Below, piece by piece: positions 37,375 to 46,996 of a stretch of 47,233 bases of DNA. Position 1 is the stretch's first letter, and each line of letters starts with the position of its first letter. The translations under genes were made by a program, and so were the position numbers. The notes under the pieces were generated by a model, which saw only the letters and a program-made list of their open reading frames with translations, ran no database searches and was not told where the DNA came from. The stretch is taken from NCBI GenBank assembly GCA_030740155.1, contig JASLXV010000014.1, forward strand, positions 1 through 47,233. The letters run 5' to 3'. The stretch comes from Dehalococcoidia bacterium (GTDB lineage Bacteria; Chloroflexota; Dehalococcoidia; Lucifugimonadales; UBA3495).

Positions 37375-37428
37375 GAGACCCCACTCTATCTCCCCTTTCG
37401 CAAGGGGCAGAGGGCTGTTCCTTCCCCC
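37375..37428. repeat. REP-like hairpin repeat between convergent tauE and aroB; homologous to the interrupted copy at 24114-24320
   Basis: GAGACCCCACTCTATCTCCCCTTTCGCAAGGGGCAGAG...TTCCTTCCC. Confidence 0.6.
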
Positions 37429-37436
37429 ACGGCCTT

Positions 37437-39131
37437 CTAGTCGATCAACTCTCGAACGGTCGCCGCCACCAGGCCGGCGGGCACATCGTTGCGCACCACG
37501 GCTTTGCCTACGTCCTCCAGAAGCACCCACCGGTTGGAGCCACCGGCCACCTTCTTGTCCAGGGACATGGCCTGCATCACGCTGTCCACGGAGACGTCGG
37601 CGGCCCGGACCGGTAGGTTGAACCGCTCCAGCAACCGGCGCTGCCGGTCCAGCACCGCTTCCGGCATCAGTCCCATCTCCACGGCGATGCGGGCGGCGCC
37701 CATCATGCCGATGGACACGCCTTCACCATGAAGGAAGCGGCCGTACTCGGTGGACGACTCCAGAGCGTGTCCGATGGTGTGGCCGTAGTTCAGCTGTATT
37801 CGTATGCCCAGGGTCTCCCGCTCGTCCCGGCTCACCACGTCAGCCTTGATGGCCATGCTGCGGCGGATTACTTCGGTGGTAATCTGGGGCTCCACCGCCA
37901 TCAGGGCTTCGGCGTGCTCCTCGAAAACATCCACCAGCCCGGCGTCAAGGATGAAGCCGTGCTTGATCGCTTCGGCCCAACCCTCGGAAAGCTCCCGTTT
38001 GCCCAGGGTGGAGAGGACCTGCACATCGGCGAAAACCCCTTGGGGCTGGTAGAAGGCGCCCACCATGTTCTTGGCCTGGGGAAGGTTGACCGCCACCTTG
38101 CCGCCGATTGAAGCGTCGACCATGGCCGCCATGCTGGTGGGGACCTGAATGAAGGGCACGCCGCGAAGAAAGGTGGCCGCCACGAAACCCGCCAGGTCGC
38201 CGACGACCCCGCCGCCCACGGCGATAATGGCTTGGCCCCGCTCGGCCTTCCGCTCCAACAGCCAATCGTAGATGGCCTGGGCCAGCTGGAAGCTCTTGCT
38301 GGGTTCTCCCTGGGGGATGATGAAGCAGTGGGCATCGATACCGCTCCGGTGCAACGACCGCTGCACCCTCCGGCCGTAGGGCCGCATCACCTTGCTGTCG
38401 GTGATGATGTACGCCGGGCTCTTGACGCCCAAGGCGGCCAGCCGCTCGCCCAGGCCGTGCTGAACACCCCAGCCGGCGATAACCGGGTAGCTGCCGCCAG
38501 AGTGACGCACCATCGCAGCCAGGTCCGGGTCGTCCATGGGTCCTCCTCCACTACCGGTAGTTATCAACTGGCAAAGCTCCATGATTCGCCGGGCCACCTG
38601 TTCCGGCGTCAGATGGTCCGTCTCGATGGTCTGGTGAGCCTCGGCGTAGGCCCCGGCCCGATCAGCCAGCAAGGAACGGATCCTGGCCATCGGGTCTCCG
38701 CCCGCCAAGAGGGGGCGCATGGGCTCTCCGGTCCCGCCGGTACGCTCCCCTCGGGAAACGGGGGCTGAGGGGAGCGTCGAGGGCTCGATAATCCGGCGGT
38801 GGATCGTCTCGGGCCGCGCGCTGAGGTGGAACACCCGGCCGCCGGCCAGCATTCGCCCCCGGTTGTCCGGGTCAACGAACGCTCCTCCTCCAGCGGCGAT
38901 GATCTTCCCCGTCCCGGAGCACAGATCGCGGATGACCGAACGCTCCAAGGACCGGAACGCCGCCTCGCCGGAATCCTGGAAGATCTGGTGGATCGGCTTG
39001 CCGGAGCGCGCCACGATCTCATCGTCGGCATCCACGAAGAGTCGGCCCGTCAGTCGCGACAGCTCCTTTCCCACACGGGTCTTCCCCGAAGCCATGAATC
39101 CCACCAGGAAGATATTTTGGGGTGTGGGCAA
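37437..39131 (-). CDS. aroKB: Bifunctional shikimate kinase / 3-dehydroquinate synthase (AroK-AroB fusion)
   Basis: LVGFMASGKT, GEAAFRSLE, AGGG, RPLL (AroK); GGGVVGDLAGF, DASIGGKVAVN, LNYGHTIGHA, HGEGV (AroB); TTG 39131 after AGGGAG (GTG 39137 alternative). Confidence 0.95.
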   Translation of the reverse strand: MPTPQNIFLVGFMASGKTRVGKELSRLTGRLFVDADDEIVARSGKPIHQIFQDSGEAAFRSLERSVIRDLCSGTGKIIAAGGGAFVDPDNRGRMLAGGRVFHLSARPETIHRRIIEPSTLPSAPVSRGERTGGTGEPMRPLLAGGDPMARIRSLLADRAGAYAEAHQTIETDHLTPEQVARRIMELCQLITTGSGGGPMDDPDLAAMVRHSGGSYPVIAGWGVQHGLGERLAALGVKSPAYIITDSKVMRPYGRRVQRSLHRSGIDAHCFIIPQGEPSKSFQLAQAIYDWLLERKAERGQAIIAVGGGVVGDLAGFVAATFLRGVPFIQVPTSMAAMVDASIGGKVAVNLPQAKNMVGAFYQPQGVFADVQVLSTLGKRELSEGWAEAIKHGFILDAGLVDVFEEHAEALMAVEPQITTEVIRRSMAIKADVVSRDERETLGIRIQLNYGHTIGHALESSTEYGRFLHGEGVSIGMMGAARIAVEMGLMPEAVLDRQRRLLERFNLPVRAADVSVDSVMQAMSLDKKVAGGSNRWVLLEDVGKAVVRNDVPAGLVAATVRELID

Positions 39132-39138
39132 AGACACT

Positions 39139-39318
39139 CCCTGAACCCATCCATGGGAACGATCTCCAATCCGTTGAGATCGAGCAGAATCGGCCTCGCG
39201 TCGCTCCCCTGAGAGTCAACCAGGGACCTAGCGCCTACCTCCGGCCAGCAATTACCGGGCTCCGTCAATTCGGGGAGCAGACCGCCGGCCCTCGCGAGGC
39301 GGATGGACGGGTTCGGGC
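39139..39318 (-). ncRNA. Candidate ~180-nt structured RNA in the aroKB leader
   Basis: Closing stem GAACCCGUCCAU/AUGGAUGGGUUC, nested GCCUCGCG/CGCGAGGC and GCUCCCC/GGGGAGC, side hairpin CGAUCUC/GAGAUCG; begins just after a consensus promoter. Confidence 0.55.
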
Positions 39319-39321
39319 ATC

Positions 39322-39350
39322 AACGTACACCCAGTCCGGAAGGGTGTCAA
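39322..39350 (-). promoter_or_regulatory. Sigma70 promoter for the leader RNA and aroKB
   Basis: Minus strand TTGACA, 17 nt, TACGTT. Confidence 0.65.
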
Positions 39351-39514
39351 CGGTGGATGGGCCCGGCAAACCCACGGATCGGCGCACTTAACCGGTCCGG
39401 GAACTCCTTTGGCCCGCCGGCCAACATCCTGTTCGAAGCCGCACCGCCCCCACATAGGCCCACGCCGGCGCGATTGCAATATACTGGCGTTGAGTGAGGC
39501 CGAAACCGGCTCTG

Positions 39515-41356
39515 ATGGCAGAAGAAGAAGAAAAACCAACGGAAGAAAAGCTCGAGGTCTCGCCGGAGGGCGAGGCGATGGACAACATTACGTTGGACCA
39601 GGCCCGGGTCTTGGCGCTTCAACACGCCCAGGCCACCGCCGGCTTTTACGGGGCTCGCTTCCCTCGTCACGACTTCGTGTGGGAGGTGGTGAGCCAGGAG
39701 GATAGAGACTATTACTACGACATAAGGCTCTCTTTCCAGCCCGCCGGCCGGTTCAGGGGCAAGCTCGGTGTCGAGCGATTCATCGTCGACCGAAGGGGCA
39801 AGATTGAGGTCCGCCTGATCCTGGTCGAGCCTTCGGGCCTGAGCCAACGGGCAACGTTGATACGGCCGTCGCGGCAGGTGGCCGGCTTGACCTTCATCGT
39901 AATTGCCGGAGCGGGATTGGCGGTCGCGTTCCTGACGGGCGCCCTTGATGCCGACCCGCGGCCCTCTGCGCCAACCCCATTGCCTAGTTCCTCGCCGGTA
40001 CCGCCGGCAACCACGGCCCCGGCCGCGAGCACCACTACACCAACGGTGATACCCGTCCTGGTCCCGACCGTTGCGATCCCTCCGACGCCGACGGCCGTCC
40101 CCACAACGGTCCCACCCACGCCCACGCTTACACCGGCGCCGGCGCCTATCGCCTCGCCCACAATCCTGCCACCCAGCACTGTCCCCACGCCCACGGCAGC
40201 TCCCACATTGGGGCCGCCGCCGACGCTTGCACCAACACCTACGCCGACCACCGGACCGACGCCCACCGCCACGCCGCCCATGCCAACACCAACTCCCGCG
40301 CCTTCAATCCGCCTCTCGGCGGCCTCCAGCGCAAGGGCCAGCAGCGTGGCGGTTGCGGGTGAAGGCTTCACTCCCTCCGGCACCGCAACGGTCAAATACG
40401 CCGGCAGCATTGTCGCGAGCAGCAAAGCCGACCGGGTTGGCGCCATCGACATCCTCTTCACCGTGCCGCTCTCCGCCAAGCCGGGCGCCACCCACGCCGT
40501 GGAAGCTATTGACGACGCCACCGGCCGCACTGTGTCGATCGACCATCAGGTACCTCCTCCGAGTCTATCCCTGGAGCCAAACCAAGGGTTTCCCGGCGGG
40601 CCTTTCACCATAACGGGCCAGGGGTTCTTGCCGTCCACCACCGTGAGGCCGATTGTTTTTTTTGGTTTGGACATTTCAACGTATCCCTACGCCGTAACTG
40701 ACAGCTCCGGGGCATTCGTGGTCACCCTGGCGGTTCCGAAAGTAATCAGCCGGGACCATACGGTGACCGCCACCGCGGCGCGTGACGTGGCCAGGGCTTC
40801 GTACGAGGTTCTCCCCGCAACAGTTGAACTGACACCTTCCGCCGGTCCTCAGAACACGTCTGTAATCGTTGAGGGGTGGGGCTTTCCGGCTTCGTCGGAG
40901 ATCGAATCACTGAGCGTCGGCGGGTTAGACCTGCTAGCGGACGCCACGAACCTGAGAGCTGCCCCCGGTTTCATGACAACGGTATGGGGCACATTTATTA
41001 TCGAGGTAACGGTCCCGGAGTTGGATTCCGGGGTTGCCGAGGTTACCGCTGAGATAGCGGGAATCAGGGCCGGCGCGCATCTGACTGTTCCGCCGCTCCT
41101 GGTTAGTATCACGCCGGTCGAAAGTGCCATATTCGGTCCCGTGATCATTACAGGCAGCGGGTTTCCCGTGGCCGCAACGGTGACAACAGTCACCATAAAT
41201 GGAATCCGGGTCCTGGGCAGTCACAGCCCCAAGACGGACGCGGATGGCGCGTTCGAGGTGACCGTGGTGGTTCCCGCAATATCTCCTGGGCTCACGCAGG
41301 TTTCGGTAACGGTGGGGGACATTTCGTTCAGCTCGGACTTCACGGTGATCCCCTGA
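39515..41356 (+). CDS. Single-pass surface protein: conserved ~105-aa N-terminal domain, TM, Pro/Thr linker, four Ig/IPT-like repeats
   Basis: N-domain homologous to 43900-44214; TM VAGLTFIVIAGAGLAVAFL; repeats with V.V.G.GF pattern; in-frame GTG at 39494 is an alternative start. Confidence 0.85.
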   Translation: MAEEEEKPTEEKLEVSPEGEAMDNITLDQARVLALQHAQATAGFYGARFPRHDFVWEVVSQEDRDYYYDIRLSFQPAGRFRGKLGVERFIVDRRGKIEVRLILVEPSGLSQRATLIRPSRQVAGLTFIVIAGAGLAVAFLTGALDADPRPSAPTPLPSSSPVPPATTAPAASTTTPTVIPVLVPTVAIPPTPTAVPTTVPPTPTLTPAPAPIASPTILPPSTVPTPTAAPTLGPPPTLAPTPTPTTGPTPTATPPMPTPTPAPSIRLSAASSARASSVAVAGEGFTPSGTATVKYAGSIVASSKADRVGAIDILFTVPLSAKPGATHAVEAIDDATGRTVSIDHQVPPPSLSLEPNQGFPGGPFTITGQGFLPSTTVRPIVFFGLDISTYPYAVTDSSGAFVVTLAVPKVISRDHTVTATAARDVARASYEVLPATVELTPSAGPQNTSVIVEGWGFPASSEIESLSVGGLDLLADATNLRAAPGFMTTVWGTFIIEVTVPELDSGVAEVTAEIAGIRAGAHLTVPPLLVSITPVESAIFGPVIITGSGFPVAATVTTVTINGIRVLGSHSPKTDADGAFEVTVVVPAISPGLTQVSVTVGDISFSSDFTVIP

Positions 41357-41442
41357 TCTTGTCGCCCGGTCCGGCCCCAATCGGAGCCGGACCGGCAGCC
41401 GGAAGCTTTAGCCCGGCCCGTTCGTTAAACCCCTTGGGACCG

Positions 41443-42222
41443 CTAGTCAGCCTCGGCCTGGACGCCGGCGAAAAACTCCAAAGCCAGCCGGTTGAACACC
41501 TCCGGCTGCTCGAAATAGGTGCTGTGGGCCGACCCCTGCACGATCTCCAACTTGGATCCGGGAATCAGCCGTTGGAGCGCCTGTATCGCCCCGACCGGGT
41601 GAATCAAGCTCTCCGCCCCGACGATCAGCAGCGTGGGGACGCCCAGCTTGGCAAGGTCCGCAGCTTGGGGGCCGCCGGCACCGTGGGAAGCCGATCTTAT
41701 GTCCAGATGCAGCTCCGGATTGAGCGCGGCGATCTCCTGATAGAGGAAAGTCCGGGCCGGATGCTGGTCGACGAAACTGGGTGCGAGCGTCCGCGGCACG
41801 TCGTCGGCCGGGATGCGGTCAAGACCCGTGAGCGCCTCCACCACCGTTGGGTCATCCACCCCCCCGGTGGAGTTTCCCAGAATCAAGCCCAGGCTCCGCT
41901 CCGGGTAGGCCAGGGCAAACCCCAGACAGGCTAACCCGCCCAAAGCATGGGCCACCAGAAAAGCACGCTCCACTCCCAGGTAATCCAGAAGCTGCTTCAG
42001 GTCCTCCACGAAGGCGCTGATTCCCGGGCCGCCCGGCGGTTCCAACGAAGCGCCATACCCCCGAAGGTCGAAGGTGATGCAGCGGTAGTCGTTGCGGAAG
42101 ACCGGAACCTGCTGCCACCAACTGAGGTGGTTGCCGGCGCGCTGGTGGACAAACACTATCGCCGGACCCTCGCCGTGGGACTCATAGTAAAGCTCGATGC
42201 CATTGACCGGCGCTTTGGGCAT
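41443..42222 (-). CDS. Alpha/beta-fold hydrolase homologue (nucleophile position Ala)
   Basis: NGIELYYESHGEG, FDLRGYGAS, VAHALGG elbow, VPTLLIVG, GSAHSTYFEQPEVFN. Confidence 0.88.
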   Translation of the reverse strand: MPKAPVNGIELYYESHGEGPAIVFVHQRAGNHLSWWQQVPVFRNDYRCITFDLRGYGASLEPPGGPGISAFVEDLKQLLDYLGVERAFLVAHALGGLACLGFALAYPERSLGLILGNSTGGVDDPTVVEALTGLDRIPADDVPRTLAPSFVDQHPARTFLYQEIAALNPELHLDIRSASHGAGGPQAADLAKLGVPTLLIVGAESLIHPVGAIQALQRLIPGSKLEIVQGSAHSTYFEQPEVFNRLALEFFAGVQAEAD

Positions 42223-42842
42223 GGTCCACCCCCGCGGTGAGATCCCAGGGCGGCACGAAGACCGCAAGGCCGCCGGGCGCGCCGGGAACACCGGAACAGA
42301 AACGGATGAGATCTTCTCGCTGCTCGATTGCCCCGGGGTCTCCGTGGCACGACTGCCCGGACCTGCCTCAATTCTAGCAAACCACTGGTGCCATGTCGCC
42401 CGTCACCGGCCCTTCCCGGAACCAGCCAAACCGGGGGACGAGTTTGACCCAAACTCCGTGGTGCGCCCGTGATCGCGTCGATCAACACCGGGGCCGGTCG
42501 CGATGCAGGATATTTGGGATTCGCACCGGCAACCGGCGGCGACGGTCATGGCGATTAGACGAGTCCTGAGCTACACGGAGTCCTCCTCAGCCAAGGCCCG
42601 GACCGGGGCCGGTCAACGAAGAGGCTGAAACTCGTTGTATGTGCGAATAGGCGGCATCGCCTTCAAACTGGTACATTCTCGGTGTAGCACCGTGCTCAAC
42701 TCACCTGGTGGCGCCTTGACGTTCAACAGTTCATGGGCGGGCTCCAGGGGGTCAGGGAGCGAGGTCCAGCCGTCGAGTGGCCGACGGTTCCGCTTCGACG
42801 GCTCAAACCGGCAAAGGATGTTGACACAGGTAGAGCGTTGAA

Positions 42843-43112
42843 ATGAGTCACTTTAGTCCGAAATATTTCTTCATAGAATTGGTCCTCCTGCTACCGGTCA
42901 AGGTAGCAGCGTTGATTCCCATCTTGGTCTTTGCGCTTCCGTACACCATCTGCGGTCTTTTCGGGAAATCATTCGACTACGGGCTCCAACGGGACTCCAA
43001 CGGCATCGAAAAGGCTCGCCGGACGTGGCTTTGGCGGGGAAATTGGAGGCAATTCTGGCTCGGGCCTGAATACGACACCGTCAGGCAGCTAGAGGAACCG
43101 TACCGAGGCTAG
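42843..43112 (+). CDS. Hypothetical small membrane protein (89 aa)
   Basis: ATG-initiated ORF with hydrophobic N-terminal half; no recognisable motif. Confidence 0.5.
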   Translation: MSHFSPKYFFIELVLLLPVKVAALIPILVFALPYTICGLFGKSFDYGLQRDSNGIEKARRTWLWRGNWRQFWLGPEYDTVRQLEEPYRG

Positions 43113-43200
43113 GGCCCCACACCCTTTTTCGCCTGCGTTTCCCACAGCGGGCGTCTTCCCAAGACGAAGCCGAGGACGGGAAAAACCGGCCGGTTCCCAT

Positions 43201-43686
43201 CTAATCGCGCATATTCACGTATTGCAACGGCTGATCGATTTCCATCTCTTTGATGAATGTGATGGTCGATTGCAAGTCGTCCCTCTTCTTGGCTGAAACC
43301 CGGAGTTCCGTTCCCTGGATACTTACCTGGACCTTGAGCTTGGTGCCACGCACCGCTTTATTTATTCTGCGTCCCAGGTCGCCATCGATTCCCTGTTTGA
43401 TTGTGATTGATTGCCGGAGGCTGCCGCCCGAGGCGCTTTGTGGTGGTTTGAACTCCAGGGACCGCTCGTCGACATCCCGGCTCGCCAGATACTTACGGAG
43501 CAACGCCTCTAGCTGCTGCAATTTCATGCTGTCGTCGGCAATCATCGTGAGAGAGTCATCGGTGCGGTCGATGGCGCACTTGGTCCCGGCCAGGTCAAAG
43601 CGCTGCTTGATCTCTCGACGAACACCATTTAAGGCATTGTCCACCTCCATAAGGTCGGTCCGGGAGACCACGTCAAAAGAAGGCAT
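43201..43686 (-). CDS. yajQ: YajQ family nucleotide/c-di-GMP-binding protein
   Basis: MPSFDVVS..D..EVDNA, RFD, KLKVQVSIQG..LRVSAKKRDDLQ, LQYVNMRD; AGGAGG RBS. Confidence 0.95.
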   Translation of the reverse strand: MPSFDVVSRTDLMEVDNALNGVRREIKQRFDLAGTKCAIDRTDDSLTMIADDSMKLQQLEALLRKYLASRDVDERSLEFKPPQSASGGSLRQSITIKQGIDGDLGRRINKAVRGTKLKVQVSIQGTELRVSAKKRDDLQSTITFIKEMEIDQPLQYVNMRD

Positions 43687-43899
43687 GGGGAGCAACCTCC
43701 TGAGTACGGTGAAGATGTAAGGGTCTGGGAAAGTAGGGCACATACATAATACATGAGGAAGCGGGCTGGGTGGACCCGGCTCCATCCCTGTCTCCGTCGA
43801 ACCTGCCACCCCCCGCCACCAACGAAATCAGAAACCCAAGCCGCATTCGCCAACGTGGCAACTACCCAAGTCGCCATTTTGGCCATATAATGCCATATC

Positions 43900-46784
43900 A
43901 TGGCCGAAGACCAGGGCAAAAAGGAAGAGAAGTTCGACTTCACCCTTGAAGGTGAGGCGCTGGGCTACATCTCGTTAGACCAGGCACGTGTGCTGGCGAT
44001 GGAGCATGCTCGGGACAACCGGGGCTATTATGGACGGCGGTACGCGAGTCGTGAGCTTACTTGGGAAGAGATAAGCGCCGAGGAAGGCGAAGACTACTAC
44101 CGCGTTAGGATTTCTTATCGACCGGTGAGGGACTTCCAGGGTGAGCCTGGGATAGAGCTTTTCACCATCGACAAAGCTGGCCCCATACGCCTGCGGCAGA
44201 TACTCAGCGATCCCCAGCCCAAGAAAAAGATAAGACTAGCCTATGCGGCTGTCGGCGCAATGGCGTCGCTCGCAGTGGTCGTGGGAGTGCTTTTCGTCCT
44301 ACTTCGGGGATCCGGCCCAACAGTCGTGGAGGTGAAGCCGGACAGCCCAGCGCAGCTGGTAGCACCTGATGGCGGTGTGACTGTAGACTTTGACGCGGGA
44401 TCAGTGGAGGCCACGTCGCAGCTGTCATACCGCGCTCTGTCCACCTCAGAGATACCTGTCATGCCTGACCAATATGTGGCCACGGACACGGCTTTCGACC
44501 TCACCATGGACGCGCCCTTGTGAAGCCCATCACCATCACGGTGAGCCTCAGCTCGGCCGACGCGGTCCAAGCTGGAAGCGAAGAAACTAACATCGTTATT
44601 CAGCATTACCACGACAACGCCTGGACACCGCTGGATACCACAGCGGACTTCGGGGCGTCCACCGCTCGGGCACGGGTTGACAGTCTCAGCAAGTTTGCCC
44701 TGACCATCAAGGATGAGCCTCCCCCGACGGGTACGCCCGCGCAACCCACCTTGACCGACACGCCAGCGCTCTCACCGACCCATACGCCCACTCCCAAGCC
44801 GACGGATACGCCCACGCCCACACCGCCAATACCGACGGACACACCGACGGCTGCGCCTACTCCTATCCCGGTGCCCACGCCGACGGCGATCCCGGTCCCC
44901 ACACATACACCCACATCGTCGCCTACGCCTTTGCCGACAGATACTCCAACGCCCGAGCCGACTGAAGCACCCACGCCTACACCGACGACACCTGCGCCTG
45001 TGCCAACACCAGACCCGACCTATCCGCTGGCGGCCAACGTCGAGCCCGCAGGTTTGGGAAGAGTCGGCCTGAACCCGGCCAGCGATGACGGGCGCTACCC
45101 AGTCGGGAAGCGGGTCCGGGTTACGGCCAGCTGTGACCACGGATTCGAAGGGTGGACCGGAGACCTGCCCGCCGGGACTGATCCTCTCGCAAACTCCATC
45201 ATCGTTGCCGTGGACCAGAAGCGGAGCCTGGTGGCCCGCTGCGCCGAGCCCACCGGCTTCCCCCTGACCATAAATGGCGAGACCCTCGATCCAGGCCAGC
45301 TGATGTTGTTCGTGCTCAACGGGAAGGTCACGGTGAGCCAATCGCCCGGCCCGGACGGGAAACTTGACGTTGGCTCACGAGTGCTGCTGCACGCGACACC
45401 CGACCAAGGGTGCTTCGGGGTCACGTGGTCAGGTGTCGATACCGTGGACCGAGTGTTTGCCTGGGTAGAGATGCGAGAAGACCCGGAGGTCGAGGTATCC
45501 ATCGAACGCCCGGTCTACACCTTAACCGCTAGCGCCAACCCCCTGAACGGTGGGGTCGTAACCGGCAGTGGTCAGTATCTATGTGGGACCCAGGCTACGT
45601 TACAAGCTACACCTAGCTCAGGCTGGTGGTTCACCGGCTGGTCTGGAGACTGTACCGGCGACGTGTCCTCGTGCACCCTAACCATAGACTCGGCCAAGAG
45701 TGAGATTGCCAACTTCCAGGAGATCGGGGCAACGGCGGTCCCGACCCCAACGGCATTCCCGACTCCCGTTCCGACTCCTACATCGACGCCGGGGCCCACA
45801 GCCACGACAGGTCCGACACCGACGCCCACGCCTACCCCGTTGCCTACTCCTACCCTGGCACCCGGGGTTACTCCAACGATTACGCCCACACCGTTGCCGA
45901 CAGCTACGCCAACGCCGATGCCCACACCCACCCCTACACCGACGCCCACGCCAACACCGACACCTGCTCCAACGCCTACGCCGGCGCCGGCGGGCGGGCG
46001 GATCGTTTTCCATTCCAACCGGGACGGCAATGACGAAATATACGTGATGAACGCCGACGGCTCTGACCAAACCAACCTGACCAACCACTTGGGTCGTGAC
46101 CTCGAGCCCACATGGTCGCCTGACGGGGAACAGATCGCGTTTTCGTCTAGGCGGGAAGGGAATTGGGATATCTTCGTGATGAACGCTGACGGGTCCGGCC
46201 AAACCCGCCTGACCAGTAACCAGGCGAGCGACGGGCGCCCTTCCTGGTCCAACGACGGGGCCAAGATATCCTTCGGATCGTATCGGGACGGGAATGATGA
46301 GATATACGTCATGAACACCGACGGTTCCGGCCAGACCCGCCTGACCAGCAATCCGGCGAACGACTATGCTCCAACTTGGTCCCCTGACAGTAATCAAATC
46401 GCCTTCGATTCGTTCCGGGACGGAAACCGGGAGATCTACGTCATGGCCGTCGATGGCTCCAATCAGACCCGCCTTACGAGCAACGGGAGTGCTGACTTTG
46501 AACCGGCCTGGTCGCTAAGCGGCAGCAAGATCGCTTTCGAAGCTTTCAGAGACGGCGACTCCGAGATCTATGTGATGAACGCTGACGGGTCCGGCCAAAC
46601 CCGCCTGACTAACAGCCCAGGGACGGACGATTGGCCCTCCTGGTCGCCAGATAGCGGTTATATCGCCTTCTATTCGTCTCGGGACGGGAACGACGAAATA
46701 TACATCATGAGCGCCGACGGCTCCGGTCAGACCCGTCTGACCAACAACTCGGCAGGTGATTATAGCCCCGACTGGGGGCCTTAG
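43900..46784 (+). CDS. Single-pass surface protein (one frameshift at ~44520): conserved N-domain, TM, beta-rich module, Pro/Thr linkers, InlB-B-like repeats, TolB/PD40 beta-propeller
   Basis: ORFs 43900-44523 and 44520-46784 join with one added base (DAPL-LKPITITV), giving 961 aa; repeats FTGWSGDC; six [18 protein letters not shown]....D..P.WSPDG blades. Confidence 0.82.
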
Positions 46785-46996
46785 GGGTGGCTGAGCCGAG
46801 GAAGAGGGCAAGAAAGCTGAACCTGCAGTGTGTTGATCTCGTGAACGAATCCGGGCCGCCAGTTCCCACTGTTCGTCAAAGGACCAGCGACCCGGCACCA
46901 AGGGGTTAGTCCCACCTGGTAGGTCAAATCTACGGACCGGTCACACGGGCGGGCAAGGGGCGGAGCAGAAAGGCTCCAACCAGGAAGGAGGCAGCA

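Noticed and set aside
39139..39318. Firm call as 6S RNA or SRP RNA
   Set aside because: Size fits 6S but there is no clear symmetric central bubble and no SRP GGAA-loop motif; kept only as an unnamed candidate
44521..44523. TGA as selenocysteine or programmed read-through
   Set aside because: The same frame stops again six codons later; the sensible continuation is in another frame, so it is an indel
46000..46784. Regularly spaced ~130-bp DNA repeats suggesting a CRISPR-like array
   Set aside because: They are in-frame PD40/TolB propeller blades within a coding sequence
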